Of a stretch of 64,000 nucleotides of DNA, positions 30,040-44,499 are shown in pieces. A program made the translations under genes and the position numbers. How positions within the stretch are numbered: position 1 is the stretch's first letter; each line of letters opens with the position of its first letter. The notes under the pieces are model-generated. The model was not told where the DNA came from. It did no database searches and saw only the letters and a list, made by a program, of their open reading frames with translations. Location: contig OZ024742.1 of assembly GCA_964016885.1 (NCBI GenBank), positions 75,950,001-76,014,000 on the forward strand. The letters are read 5' to 3'. Origin of the DNA: Eledone cirrhosa. Its lineage: Eukaryota.

Positions 30040-31475
30040 TATAATGTAAAATTAGCACTAAGGACTCCACTTATTCATATATAGGAGCTACGTCTAACCA
30101 ATTTAAAGTAAGATTTAATACCCACAAATATAGTTTTAAAAATGCCGCATTAGCTAATACAACATCCATGGCTGAAACAATTAATAATTATAGAAAGAAG
30201 AACATAGATTACCACCTTACCTGATACGAGTGTAGGTTATGCTCCCAAGAACATTTTGAAATCATGAAATCTAAGGATATCCTATTAAATAAGCGACAGG
30301 AATAAATTATATCTTGCCATCATAGAATTAGAAGAACCTTCAAATATTATAAACCTAATTAATATACACCTTACTCTTATATTTTACAAATTATTATAAC
30401 TGTTTTTTTTTAATTTAGTGAACATAGTATTTTACTACAGAGAACTTCATAATTTTATTTCCCTCTTACAGCTCACTTTTCATAAAATTATTTTAAAAAA
30501 CACTACTTCCTTTAATCGTATCCCATATTTATCATATTTAATACCTATGATTATTAAATATAATTAATATCTTTAATATCATCAATGTCCGTATAGATAC
30601 AATAGTGTTTATACATTTTTTTTCTATTTCTGTTTTTTTCATATATTTATTTTTCATTTTTTATTGCTTTAATTTCTTACTTCTTTATTTATCACATTCA
30701 TATGAATTAATATAATTTTATCCCTTGTAAGTATACCTATAAATTAATTTAATTTCCTGTTATGTATTTAGATTCCTTGTAGTTTAAATAACATTGGTAT
30801 TTATCACTAATACCATTATCCCAAAAATTTTATTTTCCTTCGTTTTTAAAAAAAATTCTTTAATAACATCAAGATATTATTTATCACATTCATATGAATT
30901 AACATAACTCTATCTCTGTAGGTATACCTATCAATTAATTTAATTTCTTGCTATATATCTAGATTCCTTGTGGTTTAAATAAGATAGGTGTTTCTCACTA
31001 ATACACTTACCCTAAAATTTTAGTTTCCTTCTTTTTAACGATATGATTTAATAACATCAAATCTTCGTTTACCCTTCACTATCTTCTTGACTTTACCTTA
31101 TTTTATCTCCAAAGTATTCTTTTCATTCAAAGCATAAGTCTGCACTCCTCTATCCCCAGAATTATTTTCTACTACTGTTATTCTATCAACTTGACCTCTA
31201 ACTCTTTTTCTATTGGTCAATTCAAAACCTGTTCTCAAACAGACCCTTTATATTAATTCTTGGTTATTTTCAAAACACATCTCATCATTTCTGAGGACGG
31301 CATGTATATGTGAAGGTATGTATATTTCCTCTGATAATTTGTAATATTTTTACATAGATCTATATGATATACATACCAATACACATATAGATCCCAGAAA
31401 CGATCGTAAAACGATGAATTTTTTAATATAAGGAACTTGTTCTTTGTTTTTATTTCATTGTTTTTATTAATTTAT
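30040..31475 (+). mobile_element. 5'-truncated Penelope-like element with about 1-kb AT-rich 3' UTR
   Basis: [29 protein letters not shown], then CRLCSQE and LLNKRQE..CHH. Internal direct repeat of about 190 bp (30685/30878). Hammerhead at the 3' end. Confidence 0.85.
31282..31417 (+). ncRNA. Hammerhead ribozyme with about 100-nt stem II insertion
   Basis: TCATCATTT-CTGAGGA-CGG..GGTATGTATAT/ATATACATACC..CCA-GAAA-CGATCG-TA-AAACGATGA. Confidence 0.8.
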
Positions 31476-31499
31476 GAATATATATATATATGTGTATAT

Positions 31500-33690
31500 A
31501 TATTAAATCAAAATATTAATAAATATAGACATTCATGTGATCAAATATATTTTATTAATATATATTTCAGAGGTACTGTGCTGTTTCCTCAGTACGTCCT
31601 CATCAGAAAAAATAAATTGATGCCTGACATACCTCAACTGTGCTGTTGGTTCAATTCCAGGCTTTGCAGTGATTAGTTATGACAAAACTCAATATTTATA
31701 TACCATAAGCAGTAACATGACAAACTACATATAATTGAGAGGGTACGTAGGAAAACGTGTAGAAAAAGATAAAATAAATACATATATAGGAAAGTAAAAT
31801 ACATAAACACATCAGTACATAACTGTCAAATATTGAAATAATTAAATATGTAAATTAGAGAAAAAAAAAACAAATAAGAGAGAGAGTGCTAGAGGAGAAA
31901 AGGAATGGATATAGAGATGAAGATAACATCGAAGAAAGGGAGATATAGATGGTATAAAATAATTACATAAGGAGAATAGTGTTATATGATGCGTGACCGT
32001 TTTTTTCCCAAATATTAAGTTAGGTAGAAACGATCAATTAAATGCCGTGAAATTTATACTCTATAATATTTGAAAGAAATTATAGTATTATATTATATAA
32101 AAATTAAAACAATATGAAGTGATATAAGATAATATAACATATTTTCAAAGATAGTCTGGAGCAAATTTAAATTAGTAAATACATTCAAGTTATAAAATTC
32201 AAAATTCAAAATATTATTAACTAATAATGGTGCTTACAAATATAGTAAATATGATATTATTAAACTTAACTTACTTAGATATTAGCATCTGTATAAGCAT
32301 TTTATATAAACAATACTATTTAAATCGATATTTGTCAATTACATATATGATTAATTATTAGTTATATTTACACTTGAGAGAATTAATATTTCGATTCAAC
32401 CAACTTTTACTGTATTCAATACTATAAATCAAGTTAAATACAGATTTTTACTCAATTTAGATAAAACGAAACTTATCTATATATATAAAGCTGTGGTTGT
32501 CTGTCTGTCTATCGATTTTTGGCACACATCTCCTCTTAGAATCTCTGGCGGAATTGCACCGAAATTGCTATACTTGTACATTGAGCCCTAGCGAAGACAT
32601 CGGAAAAAAAATATTTCAAATTGACCCTCCCTATGTGACGAAATCGAATCTAATGTATCGATTTTTGAGCGTAAGTGACGAGTTATTTCCCTTTGTTCTG
32701 CTTCATTTCTATTTAAAAGCCTTTTAAAACAATATTTTTACTTGAAAACAAGTCTATTTAAAGACTACGTAAAAGAAGCAAATATTTCCTCTTTTGTTAT
32801 AACATTCGGGTTATCGTTATGTTTTTTTAACTTCATAAGGCATATTGTTGGTTGAAGGAATATTAATCAAAAACACCACGTGCAAGTCTGCACAGTAGAC
32901 ACTACAGTTTTTAAGCCAAAAAAGAAACTTAACATTGTAACTTTAACACAGCGTCTGAGCGACCCCGAGCAACGCCGGGCTTTACTGCTAGTACACGATA
33001 AATGTAAACAATATCTTCGTACGACGTATCCAAACGTTTACATTAAATTAAACGGTTTGAAAGTCGGAAGATATTACAGATCACAAATTTATAAAATACA
33101 GGATGTAAAAAGAGAATTCTAAATTGAAACTAAAGGTATTTAACCAATCAAGAGATTATCATACTCTTTTAAAAAACAGGTATGCATTCCCTATGGTGAG
33201 GTAGAAACATTATACACAATATCAATAATAGCAATAATAGCAATAGTAGAAGTATTACAAGAATTATTAATAAGAGTCAATATCTTTTCTCACTCAGTCA
33301 ATGTTTGCTCCTAAATTTATATGATGCTTGAAATGTTGTTGCAGATTTATGGAGGCAATTTGAGAATAATTCACTTTTTTTATTAATTTAATTACCATAA
33401 TTAGCAATTATTAACAAAGGTTCGGTATTGCAAAGGTTGCAGTTAGGTTAAATGGAATTATTCCGATAAACTTCACAGTTTCTAAGTTTAGTCCAAAAGA
33501 TTGAGTATTTTATATTTTTCACTTTTAAAGACCATCCATCAGCACAGTTGAGGTATGTCAGACATCAATTTATTTTATCTTGTAAGGACGTACTGAGGAA
33601 ACAGCACAGTACCTCTGAAATATATATAATAAAATATATTTGATCACATGAATGTCTATATTTATTAATATTTTGAATTAATATTAATAA
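31500..33690. repeat. About 150-bp inverted repeats, 2 kb apart
   Basis: 31500-31650 is the reverse complement of 33538-33685. Confidence 0.75.
32476..32991 (+). mobile_element. Non-autonomous Helitron (516 bp)
   Basis: A|TCTATATATATAAAG 5' end, CCCGAGCAACGCCGGG hairpin at 32964, CTAG|T 3' end, no target-site duplication. Confidence 0.9.
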
Positions 33691-33785
33691 CTCCAGAAAC
33701 CAACTGTTGAGTGCTTCCAATCTATTGTAAAACTATATTCATTTATTAATCAATGAACCTTGTTTAACTTTTGGTTATATATATT

Positions 33786-33845
<60 letters not shown>

Positions 33846-33852
<7 letters not shown>

Positions 33853-34520
33853 CAGATTAAAGTTAAAGCAAAGAATCACTATTTTCACCCTTAATGGGAT
33901 CTTCTGAAACTAAACAATTCAATCTGTGAACGCAGAAGTGCAGAAGTAAATATTTCAAAATACGATGCAACCGAAGGAGGACAGGAAGACGATACTTTGG
34001 TTCGTGGAAACGTTCCCTGGCAAAGAACGGAAACAAACGAAGATAATACGTCATTAATTGGTGCAGTGATAACAATTACACGCGAAGACAAAACCACGTT
34101 TATGGTATAAATGAACTCGAAGTATATTATTCTATTAGGTGGTTCATGGAGATGTTAACTGGCAATGAACGGAAAAAACGAAGATAATACGTCATTATGT
34201 GGAGCATAGAGAACATTTACACGCAAAGACAAAACCACGTAAATGGTATAACTGAAGTCGTAGACTAAAATTCTATCAAGGAAACCGAATGATTCTCGGC
34301 TTCAGAGTTAAGAATAAAGTAAATAAAATAAAGAGGTAATTGAAATAAAATATATACATACACGCATACATATACGTACACACAAGCATACGCAAAAACA
34401 CTCGCCATTTGGTATGCAAATACAAGCACGTACACACACAAAAATACAAAAAAAAAACAGACACACGCATATACAGAACCCACGCAACGCCTGTACCGCA
34501 CACATACGAACGTATGTATA
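33846..34520 (-). mobile_element. Family A PLE 3' UTR/pLTR copy
   Basis: Reverse-complement homology to 6900-7520 and 4830-5580. Confidence 0.8.
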
Positions 34521-34528
34521 TATATATA

Positions 34529-34580
<52 letters not shown>

Positions 34581-35529
34581 TGCCTGTGTGTTCGTGTGTG
34601 TCTGTGTGCGTGTGTGTGTGTGTGTGTATGTGTGTGTGTGTGTGTGCGTGTGTGTATAATAATAATAATAATGCTTTCTTTATTAACAGCAAGGATTGAC
34701 ACGAAGTATAACATTAAGGACGACACAGGACAATACAGGACGGTACAAATGGGCATTTGTGCGTGAAAAATAAACAAAAACAGAGGACGTAACAAAAAGC
34801 AAAACAATAAAAATTCCCCAATAGCGGGGAGACTTTCAAGGGTCGCTCGCGGAGAAAGCCCACAAAAAGTTAGATCTGTATCGATCTGGCCCTTCTCTGA
34901 AATCAACAGAAGTCCGACGAGCTTTTGATTCCAGAGTTGGATCAGATCGATACAAATCTAACCTTGTGCTGATCAATACCGAAACGCGCGTCACCAATCA
35001 ATCAAAACTATAATAAAATAACGAGTGCGGGACTTCATCCAGTATATATTTTTTTGACCCGTTTGTAAAATAAGTTTGATTACTTTGAATAAATAATGAA
35101 TGAATATTACATAATTTACTAAATATATTTTATTACTTATTTAAAGATTCACTTCTTTAACATTTCAAATGTCAACACTTCCGGTTAGCGATTGCTTAAA
35201 TAAACATTTATATATTGCAGTCACTAATTTTCTCCTAATGCAGTTTATATATAATATCGTATTTTTTTAATGTACCATGGATCAAGTTACTCATTACATA
35301 AGAGAATGTAACACAATCTTCCTTCAATTTCTGTGTATATTATCAATTACGATTTTATTTGATGTATCATATCTACATGCATTTATACTTGCGTATAATA
35401 TCAATATACACACTACACAAGCTAGCAGAAAAACCACCCAAAGGGTAGTTTTTCTACTAGCATGTGTAGTTTTTTTTTGCTAGTAAACGCTTTTCTGCTA
35501 GTAAAGGCTTAATAAATCGTCGTTGCATT

Positions 35530-35716
35530 ATTGGGTTGGCAGTATATGTAGAGAGTCGGACGCCATGCGTTACAGCATAGTTACATCCCTTTACCATCTG
35601 AGTTCAAATCCCGCCCAGGTTAACTTTGGCATTCATCCTTAAGGGGTCGATAAAATAAAGTACCAGTAATGTGCTGGGTAATTGCTGGCCTTGTGCCAAA
35701 TGTAGAAACAATTATA
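35530..35716 (+). mobile_element. tRNA-derived SINE copy
   Basis: Full-length match to the 19120 copy, including GAGTTCAAATCC. Confidence 0.9.
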
Positions 35717-35822
35717 TTACACTCTGTTTAGCTCTACACCTCGCCATTGACGTGAACCTAAACATCGAGTGTTCAGCTGAGTAAACCTACTGTAACTTCA
35801 CGTTCCACGCTCCACTCCCTGG

Positions 35823-36034
<212 letters not shown>

Positions 36035-36186
36035 GCACGTGCTGTGACGCTTTTAATTTGTTTTGAAAGCTTTTTGATGTGAAATCGTGTGTTGAAACAC
36101 ATATTGTTATGTATGGGGAGGGTCATACTGTTAACATATTTCCAGAAATATTAATAAAACACACGGACTCTCTTGTTTGGATTGGT

Positions 36187-36438
<252 letters not shown>

Positions 36439-37754
36439 TATATATATATGTGTGTGTGTGTGTTTGTGTGTGTACACACAGTCTATCAAAGTTCTTTTAT
36501 CCGACACCTGTGACATCAACAGTGGTACTATTATATTTCCTCCCGTTTTATTTTAATGTTTAATCTATTTTTTATTTATTCATTTATTCTTGTCTTTGTT
36601 TGCACTTGCGATTCTGTGTGTGTTTCCTGTTTGGTACGTATTCGTGTTTGAGTCTGCGTGTGTTTCTATTTTATTTCTGCTCTCTGGTGTGTGTTTATAT
36701 GTGGCTGATGTTATTGTACCTGTGTATATTTACTCATATTTATCTTAGGTCTTCGTCGGGGATTTAATGTTACATAAAAAAAATACTTACACACGTACAC
36801 ACACGTTCACACACACACGTACACTTTGTACACAAACACACACAGATATGACACACACTAACATACACGTGCAAATTTATCTTGTTCATCGGTGCAAGAG
36901 CGCTAAAATAGTCTGATAGTCTTTTTATCTGGAATCTTCCGTTAGGTTTCGTAGGGAACGTTAACTTTAGGATAGTCCAGCACAGTAAATAAGTATATCT
37001 GCTGGTATGACGTGAGAGAGATATGTTCGCGGTAATGATCAATTAAAAATGGTTAGCCTTGTCAAGCAGCGGAAGTATTAGCAACAGCTAACGGGCCTGG
37101 TGGCGGCAGGTGCAGCAGCTAGCTAAGCATCAGCAACGGGTGGCCTTGAAACAGAAGAGAGTAAGATAAAATTGCAGAGGACGAAATGAAGCGTAGTTTG
37201 AAAGCCCTTTGACTGATTTTCGTCTATTTGAAAGCCAATTCTCGACTCGTGTAGATGTAGTCAAACATAATATGTATCGAATAATGAATGTGAAGCACTG
37301 AGCGTAAATGCATCTATAGAAATGTTAGGTTGTAATAGAAAATTATAGCGTAGACCTTCACGGGAAATACTCAGGAGAGAGAGAGGAGAGTAGTCAATGG
37401 CCACCAATGAAACCAAATCTTTATAGAAATGTCAACGAGCGCCCATGAGATAAGAGGAGAGAGTAGAACAGACAGATATAGTAAATGCGTTGTTACTCCA
37501 TCAGCCTCCTACACACAGATATGTCTCCGTAAACAATAACTCACTACTTGGGCCATGGTGTCAAAATCCTGATTTGAAAGACTTCACCAGGTAGTGCTAT
37601 TAAGTTAGACATGGCGCTGGCCAATACTGGCCCAAACCTATCAAATATATAAGTTATAAATGTATATATAACTTATAAATATATTTATAAGTTATAAGTT
37701 ATAAATATATATAACTTATGAATACATTTATAAGTTATAAGTTATAAATATATA

Positions 37755-38506
37755 TATATTGTTTCATGTGTTTATTTTAGATATATATATAAATATATGT
37801 CAATCAATTTCTAGTTGATATAAAATGCTCGAATTTTTGAGCTTATTCTACGGTGATATCCAACATTAAATTAAGGGTATTATGTCCGAGACATGCGCCA
37901 TATCCACCGTAGAATATGCTCAAAGATTCCAATGAATAGATCCGAGCATTTTATATCAACTAGAAATTGATTGACATATATATATATATATAAAATAAAC
38001 ACATGAAACAATCACAAGGGATAATTTGTAAAGTGTGTAAGCACACACAGCTAGGTAGGTAACTAATTAAAGTTTAACTATAACTTCAAATATACCCTTT
38101 AACATGATTAATCTTTCTTGTATATATATCATTAAAGAAATATATTTCACCATTAATCCGTAAACTCACAGTAGTCAAATCCTGGATTTTCAACAAGGCA
38201 GGAGATTTAACTATCTGTGTTTACACAGCAAATGCAAATCTGCGAATGACCCGTCGCACGTGTTGCACTTTTAAAACTATACAGCTCGTACCAGCGTCAT
38301 CCCAGTGGCGTGAATATGATTATCGACAGCTAGAAATAGCAGCCGAGTCCTTTCAACTGAGTTAGCTCTACAATTAAGCGGCCGTTTATATATTCAAAAT
38401 TAAATTAAGGGTGTCATGTCTGAAACATGCGCCATATCCACCGTAGAATAAACTCAAAGATTCCAATGAATAGATCCGAGCATTTTATATCAACTAGAAA
38501 TTGATT

Positions 38507-38577
<71 letters not shown>

Positions 38578-38820
38578 AACTCATGAAACAGTCACAGGGG
38601 ATAATGTGTAAAGTGTGTAAGCACACACAGCTATGTAGGTAACTAATTAAAGTTTAACTAGAACTTCAAATATAGATACCTTTTAAATACGGTGGATATG
38701 GCGCATGTCTCAGACATGACACCCTTAATTTGATTGTTGATATATATACACTTACAAATAATCCCCTGTGATTGTTATATGTGTTTATTTTAGATATATA
38801 TATGTCAATCAATTTCTAGT

Positions 38821-38825
<5 letters not shown>
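37755..38825. repeat. Cluster of direct and inverted partial copies of one repeat
   Basis: 37868-38100 matches 38403-38670 directly. Inverted pieces lie at 37758-37855 and 38690-38825. The arrangement is PLE-like, but I found no clear hammerhead. Confidence 0.7.
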
Positions 38826-38859
<34 letters not shown>

Positions 38860-39764
38860 GTCTAAATCAGGGTATTCCATTGCATCTTAAAACTCTTATA
38901 CGAGATCATTCTTATGTCATATTTTATCTTGTAAACTACTGACGTAATTCGAAAAGAAAATAAAGCGTATCACACATGATGGCACCTTGTATTCCCGACA
39001 TATTCTTAACTAGGAGAATTAAGCATCTTTCTATAAGTTTATTTGCAGACAGAGAATCATTATGATAAGAATTATTTGAATTATACTGAAGATGAATGTA
39101 GAGTGGGTACGCTACTGCGAGCTATAAGCCGAAAGCTATATGAAAATATACATTATCCACAGTTCCACACAATGTAGTTTTCTTAACACAAAATCAATAC
39201 ACTTTTCAATTCGGATATCATAATATACGTTGAAACGTTTATCAATGTATAGGACCTTTTCCTCGTCTTCATTACTAACGTCTAGTCGCTATTCAATTTT
39301 CATATTACCAATTCTGTTGGGAAAGAATAGCCTAGTAAACACTTCTTTCTTTCACAGTTTATTCAGTCGGAATCAATATTGGAACACATTCCGTTAATTC
39401 GACCTGGATTTGATAACGGTTACTACATATACGAATTCTTGATCTGCATACAGTTATCGTTTGGCACATAAAAACATACACATATACTCACTCACACACA
39501 CGCACAAACACACCCACACACACAGACACACACACATACACACACACACAGACACACACACACACACACATACCCACACATAGATACACACATATATATA
39601 TATATATATATACATATATGTATATACATATATATATATATAGTAATAATAATAAATTTGAAAACTAAAATCCAAAGAGGGCTCGATAAGGTTAGTTTCA
39701 GACGATCCCGTTAAGGGTGAAAGCAGCTATTCTTTGCTTAAACTTTAATCTGTTCTTTTAATAA

Positions 39765-39849
<85 letters not shown>

Positions 39850-39855
<6 letters not shown>

Positions 39856-40250
39856 TAAACGGAATAGAAAATGCTGACAAATAGTTCACAGTTGAAAAAT
39901 GGTTTAATTAGGAATAAAAGAGTATTAGTGATTGTATGGGTTAGTATTCAGTTGTGGTTTTAAGTTTTTAAGTTTTTTACCGGTTGCGCATTTCTAAATG
40001 CTTTTCAAAAGATAATTTTGAGATAGAGTGTCCGTGCTGTTTGCTCAGATCAGAGCAAACAGCACGGACCCTCTATCTCAAAATTATTTTTGAAAAGCAT
40101 TTAGAAATGCGCAACCGGTAAAAACTTAAAAACTTAAAACCACAACTGAATACTAACCCATACAATCACTAATACTCTTTTATTCCTAATTAAACCATTT
40201 TTCAACTGTGAACTATTTGTCAGCATTTTCTATTCCGTTTACCAATATAT
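39850..40250. repeat. Near-perfect palindrome of about 400 bp
   Basis: Centre near 40050 (TGCTC-AGATCA-GAGCA), arms about 195 bp with very few mismatches. Confidence 0.92.
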
Positions 40251-40364
40251 AATAACTTGTGTGTTACACCTCTATTCTTTTAACTATATATATATATATA
40301 TATATATTTCGTTTCTGAATTTGTTTAGCAAGATTCTTTATCTGAAAACGTATGTTGAAACCGA

Positions 40365-40783
40365 TATTGTTATACTTTGGGAGGCTCATGTTGCCAATAA
40401 GAAACACACGCACCAGTTAGTTTCAATCCAATGTATTATAAATTAAATTATAAATTGAAAAATTTATAAATTTCCGGTTGGTTGGTTGGATGAACAACCG
40501 GACGGTCGTTCATATATTGTCAAAGTTCTTTCGTCATACATTCTGTAACATATTCAGTGACTGGGGATTCTTTTCTTTGTGTTGTGCCTCTCCTTGTTCT
40601 GACCTACGCCATCTTGTTTTTCTGTGTGTAGAATGTGTGACGAAAGAACTTTGACAATATATGAACAACCGTCCGGTTGTGGAACCAACCAACCAGAAAT
40701 TCATAAATTTTTAAATTTATAATAAATTGGAGTGAAAGTATCTGGTGCGTGTGTTTCTTATTGGCAACATGACCCTCCCAAAG

Positions 40784-40790
<7 letters not shown>
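40365..40790. mobile_element. Inverted pLTR pair of the 21850-22870 PLE family
   Basis: Minus copy 40365-40628 with damaged core CTGAATA. Plus copy 40630-40790 starts inside hammerhead stem II. Confidence 0.85.
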
Positions 40791-40821
<31 letters not shown>

Positions 40822-40944
40822 TTAGAGAAGCAGAAAATTGCTTTTTGTGATCGAGTTCATGGTTAAGAAAGCCAGTTTCATGGATGGTTTCAACGTACGG
40901 TTAGGGGTAACTCCACAAGTTTGTAAGAATTCCGTTCAATCTTG

Positions 40945-43157
40945 GAGTATAAAGTATAAAAAAGAAAACACAGGTAAGCATTAAGAGAAGGATTTTATCC
41001 AGGTATTTACGACCGTTTCATTGGTAAGTGCAACCTTATATTGCTATACTGCAACTAGCAGCCACTCAATTATAATTCTTGTTCACAGTCCAAATTTTCA
41101 AAATAGTATGTTACTCTTGAAATAATTCTTAATATATATAGAAAAACATTTATTTGGAATTGTATTTACTAGTATAGAGAGAGAGGATTCAGAAGGTGAG
41201 TGGACAGACGAAATAGTATCGAGAGAGAGGAAGGGGTAGAGTTAGGAAGTAGAGTGACAAACTGAGATGGAGGGAGGGGTAGAGGTGGAAGGATTCCTTG
41301 ATCAGTTTTGGTAAGTAGACTTCATGTTGCGGAATGTAGTGAGTAAAAGAGAATTAAATTGATCGTAGTGGGAGGGATGGATAGAGAGAGAGAGAGGGGG
41401 GGGGAGATATAAAGAGATAAATATATATAAATATATATATAAAAAATAAAGATAAAGATAATAATGGTTTCTACATTAAGCACAAGGCCAGCAATAAATC
41501 AGTGCATTACTGGTACTTTATTTTATCGACCCCATAAGGATGAAAGGCAAAGTCAACCTCGGCGCGATTTGAACTCAGATCGCAAAGGGAGGTAACTATG
41601 CTGGAAAGCATGGCGTCCGACTCTCTACCGATACTGATAAAGATAATAATGACAAAAATAAAGATAAAGATAGTAATGACAAAAATAAATCAAAGGAGGG
41701 GGCAGAAAGAAGAAAAGAAAAGATAGCCAAAATGGGAGGGAAGGAAGGAAGAAAACGAAGAAATAAAAGAGGAATGAAGGAGAAGGGAGGGATATAGGTA
41801 TTGGTTTTATGGGTATATAAAAGGGTTTAGATACAACAAGAGGGTATAAAGTCTAAGTATATGCAGTTTGTCAGTTGGTAGTAAGAGGTTAAGGGTTCGA
41901 TTTGCACTTGTAGTGCGAAAACTTCTCTTTGAGTCTATGGTTACAATAAATTGATCTTTCGATTTTATTGTTGAGTAACTTATTCTTGGAAATCAAGATT
42001 TGGAACAGTTCAAGGTCGCATAATCGACAGCTTCTTATACCACTCAGATATGGGAGCGCGTTCGATAATTTTTTTCCACTTCAGGGTGTATTGATGGTTA
42101 CTTTCCCTCAGTTGCCAGGTCTTGTTTACAAGGGTAGTTACATAACGATGTTTGGAATGTTTCATTGCGTAACGGTGTGTATACAACGGGCTTTAAATGT
42201 ATTCCCAGTCGCTCCGATGTAATACCATTTCTGGTTGTCTTATTCCACTGTGTATTGGTAAACCAGGTTAGACTGCATACATTCATTATGTAATGGACAG
42301 GTTTCAGGTAGGTGGCAGTTACAATTTTTGTCATGGGCAACTTTGGAATTATTGGTGGGCTGCGATGCCTGTACAAGTGTGTTACGTTTTGTTTGCCTAT
42401 TAGTGGGTGGTTGTGTATTAGATATTCTATTGTGTTCAATGGTAATTATATTGTTCTTGTTGTAAATTTGTGTTCTGGTGTTGTTATGTATCTTTTTAGC
42501 GTTAAGCATCTTAATGTGTGCCTCTATATTTGGTGCCGTGGAGTAAGATAGTCTAATAGATTTAGTGTTAAGGATTTTGCTGTATCTATGTGAATCTGGA
42601 AAGTGCTTATTTATTATTCTAAAGAAGGTAGAGGGTAGGTTAGTATTAATAGAGGTGTTAAATATGGGGTTATACCAAATATATTTTCTACTGCGTGACT
42701 TGTTTGATTTCGATGTTGTATTTCCATTTACCTTATACTTTGTAGTTCTATGCGTAAGTGCGTGTGTGCGTGTGTTTCTGGAGTTTGTGTTATGCGCGTT
42801 CGTGCGCGCTTTACGGAGGCATTCATCCATATTTTTTACTCAATCTAAGTGGCCTGCCTTGTCTAATACGGTATTGTAGTATTCTGCTTGTTCATCGAAA
42901 ATTTGTCGCTTAGACGACAGGCGGGAGATCCTAAGAGATATGCTGCGTGGAATGGATTTAATTATGGGTAGTGGGTGGTTTGAGTTACAGTTGATGTATG
43001 CTAAATTTTCATTAATCTTGTGAAAAGGTTTTATAAGTCCCGTATTTAGGTTAAACGTGGCGTCTAGAAAGTTAACTGTTTTAGTGCTATACTCATACGT
43101 TATGCTAAGGCCTAGTTTCCCGAAAGTCTTTCTAATATTCTTACGGAGTCTTTCTAT
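40945..43157 (-). mobile_element. Penelope-like element: RT C-terminus, linker, GIY-YIG and 3' UTR
   Basis: FGKLGLSIT..KTVNFLDATFNL..SNHPLPIIKSIP..RISRLSS, YIWYNPIF, KHFP..KILN..RLSYS, CNC..CPL..C..NLVY, YYIGATGNTFK. A SINE is inserted in the UTR. Confidence 0.92.
41465..41636 (-). mobile_element. tRNA-derived SINE inserted in a PLE UTR
   Basis: Family consensus on the minus strand. It is absent from the inverted partner copy near 43715. Confidence 0.9.
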
Positions 43158-44215
43158 GGTATTACATCGGAGCGACTGGGAATACATTTAAAGCCAGTTA
43201 GTATACACACCGTTACGCAATGAAACATTTCCAGCATCGTTATGTAACTACCCTTGCAAACAAGACCTGGCAACTGAGGGAAAGTAATCATCAATACACC
43301 CTGAAGTGGAAAAAATTATCGAACGCGCCCCCTTATCCGAGTGGTATGAGAAGCTGTCGATTATGCGACCTTGAGCTGTTCCACATCTTGAGTTCGAAGA
43401 ATAAGTTACTCAACAATAAAATCGAAAGATCAATTTATTGTAACCATAGACTCAAAGAGAAGTTTTCGCACTACAAGTGCAAATCGAACCTTTAACCTCT
43501 TACTACCAACTGACAAACTGCATATACTTAGACTTTATACCCTCTTGTTGTATCTAACCCCTTTAAATACCCACAAAAACCAATACCTATATCCCTCCCT
43601 TCTCCTTCATTCCTTTTCTATTTCTTTTCGTTTTCTTCCTTTCTTCTCCCCCCTTTTTGGCTATCTTTTCTTTTCTTCTTTCTCCTCACTCCTTTGCTTT
43701 TATTTTTGTCATTATTATCTTTATCTTTATTTTTTATATATATATTTATATATATTTATCTCTTTATATCCCCCCCCTCTCTCTCTATCCATCCCTCCCT
43801 CTATGATCAATTTAATTCTCTTTAACTCACTACATTCCACATAAAGTCTACTTACCAAAACTGATCAAGGAATCCTTCCACCTCTACCCCTCCCTCCATC
43901 TCAGTTTGTCACTTTACTTCCTAACTCTACCCCCTTCCTCTCTCTCGATACTATTTCGTCTGTCCCCTCACCTTCTGATTCCTCTCTCTATATACTAGTA
44001 AATACAATTCCACATAAATGTTTGTCTCTATATATTAAGAATTATTTCAAGAGTAACATACTATTTTGAAAATTTGGACTGTGAACAACAATTATAATTG
44101 AGTGGCTGCTATTTGCTGTATAGCTATATAAGGTTGCACTTACCAATGAAACGGTCGTAAATACCTGGATAAAATCGTTCTCTTAATGCTTACCTGTGTT
44201 TTCTCTTTTATACTA
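43158..44215 (+). mobile_element. Inverted duplicate of the 3' end of the same PLE
   Basis: Starts at GGTATTACATCGGAGCG (YYIGA) and mirrors 40945-42226. Includes ORF 43220-43495 (CRLCDLE). Confidence 0.92.
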
Positions 44216-44238
44216 TATAGTCCAGCCCACTGTTATTC

Positions 44239-44289
<51 letters not shown>

Positions 44290-44499
44290 ACAAGTAAGTA
44301 TGTTTTGAAACAGTGAGCTCATTTGAAATTAGAAAATAGAATAGCTTTCACCGTATTTTTGACTAAATAAATTTTAGCCTGATAATGGGCTTTTGAACCC
44401 TCAGATGAAATGGAAAAAGATGAGTATTGACGTACATGTACGTCAATACTCATCTTTTTCCATTTTATCTGAGGGTTCTAAACCCCATTATCCTGCTAA

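Noticed and set aside
34860-35000. GAAA-CGCGCG-TC hammerhead 3' half with nearby inverted repeat
   Set aside because: No CUGANGA-type 5' core could be placed.
39081-39143. TTATA-CTGAAGA..GAAA-GC-TA-TATGA
   Set aside because: Stem II does not pair at its base. It is possible but unsupported.
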